Shown in pieces: positions 55,112 to 64,000 of a stretch of DNA of 64,000 bases (position 1 is the first letter of the stretch; the number at the start of each line of letters is the position of its first letter). Position numbers and translations under genes: made by a program. Source of the stretch: Octopus vulgaris (taxonomy: Eukaryota); assembly GCA_951406725.2 (NCBI GenBank), contig OX597832.1:12896001-12960000 (forward strand), read 5' to 3'. The notes beneath the pieces were generated by a model that was given only the letters and a program-made list of their open reading frames with translations, did not search any database and was not told the DNA's origin.

Positions 55112-56018
55112 TAGCTGACGTACTTGTCAATACCCGGGTAAGTGGGGCATATGCCCTGGTTCCATTCTCATAATTGCTTCGCTACCCCAAGAACAACAAT
55201 ACAAATATGTAACCCTTAAAACGGTTTTTGTGCATTTACAGAGAATACCAAATTGTCTTACACAGGATCTTGTTTTTAGGAATTACCATTAAATTTTGAA
55301 TACCCAAATTGTGAAGTCAGTTATGTAATAACATGAAATTAGTTACCCGACAGAAGGAATTCAAATCAAGTAGCCCAGAAGAGGGCGTTATGGCGTTCCC
55401 AGTGTATATAAAACTTACGAAGAAATACTATTAAATTATGTATGCTAAAATCATGAAGCATGTTACATAATAACAGGCTAATCAGATAAGATATAATAAC
55501 AATTGAAAGTAAATAACTCGGAAAAGGGTTTTTTGTGCGTTCCCAGACAATATTACCCTCAGGTTCGCTAGTGTTGGTATATTCGTGAATAAGTCACTAA
55601 CCGTAATAAGTGGATCTATTCTTTAAGGAAAATACTATTTACTTGCTTAATGGTTGCACTGGATAAATTGCAAAAATAACTCTAACAGTTCAAATACTAA
55701 GAAATAAACATACTCAATTACATATTTACCAAATAATTTAAGAAAATGATCGAGTTATTTCCCTTGGCTGTATATAAGGATCCCTACTAGGGTTTAATGA
55801 GTTATTTCACTTGGTTTTCAATATATATATTATATTAGATATATATACATATCGTTTCCTGGGGCCCTATCATCGACTTTTTCAACAATCTGAGTATGCC
55901 ATGAGGTTTGCAGACATGATTTCTAGTCACGTGTCAAGTTTCATCAAAATCGATAAAACGATGTAGGATGAGTTAGCTAACAAATCCACAGACAGAATTT
56001 CTCGCATATGTAGTAGAT
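55110..56018 (+). mobile_element. Non-autonomous Helitron-like element(s)
   Basis: Begins ACTAGCTGAC directly after (TA)n and ends CAAGTTTCATCAAAATCG..ACAGACAGAATTTCTCGCATATGTAGTAGAT, resembling Lep1/HINE-type termini from memory. Internal GAGTTATTTC(C/A)CTTGG repeats. Confidence 0.6.
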
Positions 56019-56893
56019 AAATATTTATACACACACATTTATATACATATTTATACACACGCACACACACACACACACACACATATAAGTCAGATGTGTG
56101 ATATGTATGTAAGCATATAGATGCTTGCCTCTATATGTTCAGATAAATACTTAGATTCATCTTCACTCGTATTGTGTTAAGCTATATATGAAATGTTTGT
56201 GTGAATTTTTTCCTGCATGGCCATACATGTATATATGTATGTATATATGTATGTATGCTCATGTGTATATTGTTATTGTAACTGGCATGTTTATACCAGT
56301 TCATATGTATGTGCGTCTATGGATGTTTTAATGCTGGAACTGTCCGTAGTATCGGCGAATGTATTGAAACATTCAAGTGGCTGGAAGACGGAAGCAATAA
56401 AATGTGGGAACGATTTCCTATAAGCTCTAATATCTTATATATAGGGTTATCTCTATCGTTTAACACCAGCACAATTGGGACAAAAATTAGATGATTGTAC
56501 CCCTCACCACTTCAGAAATTAAGTTAATTATTTGCCTTATCTTAATCAAGTAGGTATATAAAACTGTCAGATATTCAAAATATAGCTTGAAAGATACTTA
56601 CGTTTGTTATGCATCTCCTGGATTTTTTACGATGTAGTTTTTACATTTCTGGTATTAATCTGAATAAAATTGTATATGATATATTCATATATCTATTAAT
56701 TTGTTTTTTCCATATATCTTACGACATCCTTTATGCGAAATAAGGGTTTATAACGTGTACATAAGACAGAAAATTTTAATTACTTATAGTGACATAAAAT
56801 ATTTGTATTTTCGATTTGTGAAATCACGAATACGAAAGGCGTGAGCGTGATTTCGAGTTCAAAACCTACCTAGTGGTAGTTAGTCATTCTGTT

Positions 56894-56933
<40 letters not shown>

Positions 56934-57121
56934 TAAATATATGGCACAACGAAGTACCGATATTTACTGGAAAATAGCGAACGTAATAATACGACGCTAA
57001 TGTATAGCTTCACCGCGTATATACTAACAAAAATGCGTGAGTGCAACAAACTTGAAAAAAATTGTCTTACCTCCAGGGAGAACATCAGAAAGACGAAACA
57101 CCTAGAAAGGGATAATGTGGG

Positions 57122-57191
57122 ACCGGGACTGGTTTCAGATTTTTCAAGATATGCCTGCACACATATACTTGATCTATCTTCATCAGCCAAC
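57122..57191 (-). ncRNA. Type I hammerhead ribozyme, Penelope-type minimal stem III, canonical core
   Basis: Minus strand reads GUUGG-CUGAUGA-[AGAU aga UCAAG u AUAUG ugugcagg CAUAU CUUGA aaa AUCU]-GAAA-C ca G-UC/-CCGGU. All core nucleotides are present, with a long stem II, a 2-bp stem III, a GUC cleavage triplet and stem I GUUGG/CCGGU (with G.U pairs). Confidence 0.75.
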
Positions 57192-57487
57192 ATATACCAC
57201 GACAACATTTCAGATGTTGCCACATATATATACATTTATATATATATGCTGTAAATCAAATCCCATTCTGAACATAAATAATAATGTCTTAAAAAGAAAC
57301 GATAAAAGAAATTTGGAGGAGAGGTTTTGTCGATTACAGCGACCACAAAACTTGACTTTTCCTAAGAGAGGAAAGGTGATTGTCATTGGTAAGATCTGAA
57401 ACCAGAAAACGACAATCCAAAAGAAATAATATGAGATTTTATTCAAATATTTCTGCTATTCCACTGCTTTCCATTATGAAAATAATG

Positions 57488-57680
57488 ATTCTCAATTTTA
57501 GCACAAGGCCAGCAATTTCGGGGGAAAGGGTACGTCGACTCCCATATTTAACTGGTACGTATTTTATCGATCCGATATGATACAAGTCAAAGTGGACATT
57601 GACAGCATTTGAACTCAGAACGTCGGACGAAGTACTGCTAGGTGTTTCGGCCAGCTTGCTTACGATTGTACCACCTCCCA
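57488..57680 (-). mobile_element. SINE family A, diverged
   Basis: GCACAAGGCC..ACTGGTACGTATTTTATCGA..TTTGAACTCAGAACGT. Confidence 0.75.
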
Positions 57681-59371
57681 GCCTTCCATGATTAAATAAT
57701 AACAACACTTTTTATCATAGACACTATGTCTACAAGTAAGGAAACTGTAGAGTACATTACATCTATTACGTGATTATTTCATTTATCGACACTGAAAGGG
57801 CGAAATGCTAAGCAAGGCCCCACAAATTTGCCCTAGAAACATTTATACCCGGGTCGAAATTCCATACGGCATGTTTTAGTGATTCTGCTTAATCACACTG
57901 TATTTATATGCTGTAAACAAAAGCAAAAGATTACACTTGGGAGGGATTGAACAAAATTTTTGTGAAAGACGAGAGATTGAGAACACAGTTTATAAAGTGG
58001 ACTAGTTAAAAATTTGGTGAACCTTCATAGACAATTCTACAAAAATCCTAGAAAAGTTATAAGAATATTTCATTAATAACTTAATAATATGGCAATTATT
58101 AAGGGTCTTAAGAATCTTTTGCACTGATACACTTCATTGTCGTGATACGCTCTACAACTGCATAGAAAGTCTGTAGCCATAAAGCGTTCTGTGAGCAGTT
58201 CAGGTTTCGTGCTGACTGTTATTTAAATAAAGTAAGTCGTATACCTGGTAACAGATTCTGACATGTAACATCTCTTTGATAATATTTGCATATGATGATT
58301 CCCATTTATTCACAGATTTGAAGCGATCTTCATTATATTTTTTTAAAATTCTTTTAACTCAATCTTTCAGTAATACGCTTAGTTCATCGTTTAATTTTCC
58401 ATTTTCTACGAGAAGCAATGTACCAGACGTGCCAGTTTACTTGGGCTGGAACTTGGGTTTCCTGTTAATTTTTTTATCTTATTTTGGAGGACCTTTTCCC
58501 GCTTTTTATTGCATTTCTTTTCTAGCCGTTTACCCTTCTGGTACTGTTTCATATTTTGCTGTTTATCTTAAGGCAATGGAATAAAACTTGTAAGCATGGA
58601 AATCTCTGCTAGTTTTCTGTCTTCTCTATCGGTTCCTGGTATTGAGAACAAAGTGTTGTCAATACGGGGATTGTGGAAGCTACTGTTGTAACTCCATTCC
58701 CTTTCTGCTTCTAAACTCGCAGCTCTCTCTTTATCTCATTGCTTTTCGGGCTCCTCGGAGCATAGGATTTTACGGACTTTTGTCGTTTAAAGTTTAGCAA
58801 CGAGGCTTTCTATTCTGCGATTGGGCAAAGTTGAGAAATGGCCTTGTAGTCCTGTGGGATCGTATAGATCTACACGCCCTTGTCACTCCTCTCAATCATT
58901 CCACTTTTCTAAATACTTGTTTGCGTAATACTTCTCCGTATTCTATTATGAAAGCAATGGTGAAATCGTGTCACGATCACGTGCTCCCCTCCCCCCGGGC
59001 TGTTATATTTTATTTCGCAGCCCCCTTCTACTAGGTTACAGTATTTTGAATGAGCACCACTAGCTTAGATATCTGCTAAGGATTTCATAAAAGATTGTTT
59101 TGCATATACTGAAAAATTTTTCTCGCTTAACACGAGACAAAAGTAAATTATTCCACTTTGGTTTTCTTGCTCCTGAAGTAATTTTTTGTACCAAGATGAA
59201 ATCTTTATGAAAGAAATTTTTCCTTATACGATGTTCATTTATGTCAACTCCTTTATTCAACGACAGAAAGTTCAAGGTGGTTCTGACAAAACTGGCAATA
59301 TCGGGAGCAGTGTCTCCATCGCACAGCGACCTTTATGTTTGTGTATAGGCTACTATATTTTTCTTTGTAAA

Positions 59372-59565
59372 AAAGGCGGCGAACTGGCTTGATTGTTAGC
59401 ACGGCGGGCAAAATGCTTAGAAGCATTTCGTCAGTCTTTGTTCTGAGTTCAAATTCTGCCGAGGTCGACTTTACCTTTCACCTATTCGGGCTAATAAGTA
59501 CCAACCAATCGAACATTTGGGTCGATGTAATCGATTTATCCACTTCCTTGAAATTGCTAACTTGT
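59372..59565 (+). mobile_element. SINE family A
   Basis: AAGGCGGCGAACTGGC..TGAGTTCAAATTCTGCCGAGGTCGACTTT. Confidence 0.8.
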
Positions 59566-61275
59566 CCGAATATTTGTACTCATTTGTTTTGCTGTTAAAG
59601 TTCAGCAAACATTCATAACCACTTCAAGTATTCTTTTTCTTAAAGAATGTTTTCTAGGGTTTAAATAGAGTATGTATGGCGGCAAAGCAAGCTAGTTCTG
59701 TTTTTCCTTTTTAGTTTCTTTTACTTTACAATCGTTGTAATATATAGTTAGTTTTTGCTGTTTTTAGTATTTACTGGGGGAAATATACACGATATTCAGT
59801 TCACTCAACGCTGTTATGAATCAGGGACAAATGTTCAAATAAAATTTGGGATAAAAGTTTTTTTTAAAGTCATTTAATAAAATTGATCGCTTTGTAAAAT
59901 AGTTATGCATGTGAAAATATTAAAACATTAATTCAGTGTATCATAAAATATTAATCCAAACATGCAAAAATATAAAATAACTTAAACATTCAATAATGTC
60001 GACGCTGAACCAAAAGGAAGTAACATATTCAATGTAATTTCATTTTAATAGGAAAATGGTTTGAGATTTCAATGAATAGCATCACACTACTTTTTATTAA
60101 GAACATAAAATTATCACACATTTTTGGAAATTCTATGAAAAAAATTATGGCTTACAACGAAAGGCGAAATAGCACGGATCCACCTGATGAAGAATCCATA
60201 AGAAAAAGATACATGCACAATAAAAAAGTTTTAAAATAAAGTGAAAAACTAATGATTTTTCTACACAGAAAGGTTAGAAATTTTGTTATGTGAGTATATC
60301 AACTCCAGTAGCTGACTGATACAGTATTTCATCGATCTCGGAAGCATGAAAAAATAAAACTCAGTCTTAAGTATTTTATAGTGACCCTCTATATTGTGTG
60401 TGCTAATACTCTACACCAAATTTCAGGTTCTGAACCTATGTAAAAATAATATTTTCTCTTTTGTTTACCAAAGAGTAATTAATAAAATGATACCAATAAT
60501 TATAATCATTATTGAGAACATAAATGCAAGGCCATCTTTTCCTAGTGAGAGGATAACGCCGATTTTATGCATTTACTCAGAAGCTGATTGGTTATTTAGA
60601 GTAAATGTCAGATCTGCAAGAATTCGAACTCAAAAACAAACAGATGTAATTTTATCCGGCAAATATTTTCATCAGCACTTTATAGAATCTGCGATCCCCA
60701 AATTTCATACTACTAATATTAATAAAAATGATGATATTAATAATATTTATAGAAAACATTGATGGAGTTGTTGTTGTTGATGCTATTTTCAAATCCATTT
60801 GTGGAATTTCGTGATAGCATATAATTTCAAAATTATTTATGATTTAATGAAAAAAGGGTAATAATAATAAATACTAACTAAAATCTGTAAAGCAATACAA
60901 TAACAACGATAATAAGATAATAAATACAACAAAATGTCATCCAGCCCCAACACCTCCAAAAATAAATAAAAAATACTATACTTTAATGCATAAAATCCTG
61001 AATATTTCATCAAAGCATGAACAAATCTATCGTATCTGCTTATTGAGAAATGAATAGTATCTGCTTAAACATGTGATCACTGTTCTGTCTTGCAATGCAG
61101 TTGATAGCAGTCAGAAATCATGCATGCCTCGAGCTATTTGTTTTGAATTCAATACAAGTGACAATTAGATTCAAAATGTTAAAATAAAAAAATAATGTAT
61201 CCAAAAATCGAACTGAAATGAGATATTCACTAAATTTCATAAGAAGTAGTAGTTGTAGTAATAGTGGTGATGATG

Positions 61276-61318
<43 letters not shown>

Positions 61319-62649
61319 CCAAGAACTAAGACTAACAATTTAAGTGTAAAACTAATAGTAGTAATAATTGCAATATTGTTAAACATGGCCTGAAGGAAAT
61401 GAATAAAATGCGTGAATAACATAATCGTATGTATAGCAACGTGCTAAAGAGAAATTGAATCAAAGGAACACGGTTGTGAGGCTGGAAGCTAGATTGCTAG
61501 AAATTTGCCTGAGCGCACATTGGTGCCAAATTACAGTTCTATGATTCATTTCTCATCTAATGTGCCATGTAGTCGCTGTTATTTGAATAGTTAGGATATT
61601 AATTATAGATCTAGACCGTTATAAACATTTAAACAAGTTTAAAACAAGAACAAAATAAGAGAAGAAAGAAGGATGCTTAACCTAGCCTTTGCAGGAATGC
61701 TATTTATTTTTGTGAGGTTCTCTAATATCCGAAAAATAGAAATAAAATAACACTAAATAATAAACTCTAAACGTACAATCCAAGGGAAAAAAAATATAAA
61801 TTAAACAGTTGCTTTAATATACAACCAAAGTTTTATTGAGAGAAAATTCAATTTTCAAGATGGGAAAACCTAGCATTAGTTTATTTGGAAATGGTGACTA
61901 TAACATATGATGAATTAAATTTATGTTGTATAGTAAACAAGATGCGAGTGTTTCCATAAAAAGTTGATTTATATAAACGTAAATGCTATCTACATTAGGA
62001 AAAAGAAAATTACGTTTTATTAAAACTTTGTGGTTCCTTGATATAAACTTCCCCATGAAAATGCAATTTATAATATAATGGAACAGGAGCGTGGTTTCAT
62101 GAAATTCCAGGTTCAATTGTACTGCGAATTACCAGGGTAAAGTGTTTTTTACTCTAGCTATGGGTACATCAATGGCATCTGAATGGAACTTGCTTGCCTG
62201 AAACTGGTACTGAACGACGGTGTGGGACAACTATCTTTATAAGAAATACACTAATGAAATAACATTTACAGCTATTTCTCCTCTAGCGTAAAAAAAGAAT
62301 GCTCACTACAAAACCAATCTTCTATTTTCTATAGTTATAAATGTTTACATTGAGAATGAAATTAAAGACAGTTTATGATGCACACAACAGTTATAATACT
62401 GATATCAAGTTTTGTCTCAAAACCAGGAATTAAGGGGAGGGAATAAATCGATTACATAGACACTACTGTTCAATACTACTGATGTTATCAATTCCGAAAG
62501 GATGAAAGTTTAAGTCGGCATCGGCACAATTGGAGCTCAGAACGTTAACATAACATTTGTAATTTTCTTAATGTAATTGACTCGATAAACTCCGGATCAA
62601 AATCGAAGATCTACTCTATAACGTTAGATCTATTATACATAAAATATTC

Positions 62650-62820
62650 TATTCTACTGTAGACACAAGGCCTCAAATGTTTGGGGAGGTGGGAGCAGTC
62701 GATTATATCGATACCGGTACGCAACTGGTACATAATTTATCGACACCGAAAGGATGACAGGCAAAGGCGACCTCAGCGGAATTTCAACTCAGAACGTGAA
62801 CACAGACGAAATACTGCGAA

Positions 62821-62822
<2 letters not shown>
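62650..62822 (-). mobile_element. SINE family A 3' unit
   Basis: Reverse complement of the core and tail. Confidence 0.78.
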
Positions 62823-62858
<36 letters not shown>

Positions 62859-63079
62859 TTGCTATTATGCAAAGTGTGTATAGTTCCAAAGCGCTGCTTT
62901 ACCATTCCATAGCATAACCGTTGTACTACACTTTGTCAATGTTTGATATCTTGGCATCTGAATCAGCTGGAGATACGATACTTTGACCAAAAGCACCGGC
63001 TATAGCAAGGAAAAATAAATATTGAACAAAACGCATTCGGCCAAATTTGGACATACGGCAGTTTAACAAAATAGCAAAG

Positions 63080-63153
<74 letters not shown>

Positions 63154-63711
63154 TGTGTGTGTGTGTTTATAAAATCATTAAAGTTCAATTTTCAGAGATA
63201 TGTATTTAAAGCTTTTGTAAACAAAGTTATTAGAAATTTAATTCCAAGATTCACTGACGAAGTGTGTGTTTAATACTTTGAGAAGCGATTATATATAGTC
63301 ATGAGAAATTGGTATTGCTGTTTATATTCTAATAGAAATCGTACAATGCTAAATAGAAGTTAAGAACACTCCGATGCAATCTCATTCAATCTAACTTCAT
63401 ATATTAATTCCAAAAGGCAGAGAAGATATTAAATTCGAAATAACATATTAACATAATCAAAAGCTCTTACGAGTACGTTCGGAAAAAAATTTAATTTTGC
63501 TACAATTCACTTCCACAGTAGCTTTATTAGTTGCTCGACCAACTACAAAAATCAGTCAAATTTCTTGATCTTGGGAAGGGAAAGAAGACATTGTATAATT
63601 CCTGTTTAGATATTCACTTAGAGAGGATACAATCTTATGGCAAGAATACTTTGAATGGGCCAGCTCCACTGGATTGCCCAAGGTTTAAACAGCAATAACA
63701 ACGTAGTAATG

Positions 63712-64000
63712 GTTTCAAATTTTGGTATAAGACCGGCAATTGTAAGGGCAATTGTAAGTCGATTCCGTCGACATTAGTGCACAACTGCTACTTATTTTTC
63801 AACCCCGGAAGGATAAAAGGTAAAAATGTGAACTCAGAACGTACGGACGGATCACATGCCACTAAGTTTTCTGCCCGGCGTGCTAATGATTCTTATTTCT
63901 TTACTGGTAATTAATTTATCGACCCCGAAAGGATGAAAAGCAAAGTTGACCTCGGCGGAATTTGAACTCAGATCAAAATACCCATTTCTTTACTACTCAC
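63712..64000 (-). mobile_element. SINE family A multimer running off the window end
   Basis: TTTATCGACCCCGAAAGGATGAAAAGCAAAGTTGACCTCGGCGGAATTTGAACTCAGA. Confidence 0.78.

Noticed and set aside
58400-59040. Possible LTR or gag-like remnant
   Set aside because: Only compositional hints; no recognisable protein motif, primer-binding site or paired LTR.
63190-63230. CTGACGA followed by an AAGTGT/ATACTT hairpin
   Set aside because: Lacks GAAA-N-UH and stem I.

Overview
AT-rich, microsatellite-dense eukaryotic DNA. The repeat content (tRNA-derived SINEs, (TA)n/(GATA)n tracts) looks like an Octopus/coleoid cephalopod genome; this is an inference. Only one host exon is recognisable: a 186-nt phase-1/phase-1 exon of a neuroligin-like, non-catalytic cholinesterase-fold gene on the + strand (13577-13762). 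The rest reads as very large introns filled with transposon relics: two SINE families, Tc1/mariner deletion derivatives and MITEs, RTE, CR1/L2-like and Tx1 LINE pieces, and a Helitron-like element. Almost all ORFs in the supplied track are microsatellite translations. Two systems stand out. (1) Eight hammerhead-ribozyme-like motifs at six loci, from at least four sequence families, have the minimal stem III typical of Penelope-type ribozymes. They sit in short non-coding elements, most next to (TA)n tracts and several ending in fold-back palindromes; the best one, with a fully canonical core, is at 57122-57191 (-). (2) A young, GC-rich Tx1-clade LINE has three 5'-truncated copies, all embedded in (GATA)n on both sides and in the same orientation, suggesting a (GATA/TATC)n-targeting retrotransposon with conserved 3'-UTR hairpins.
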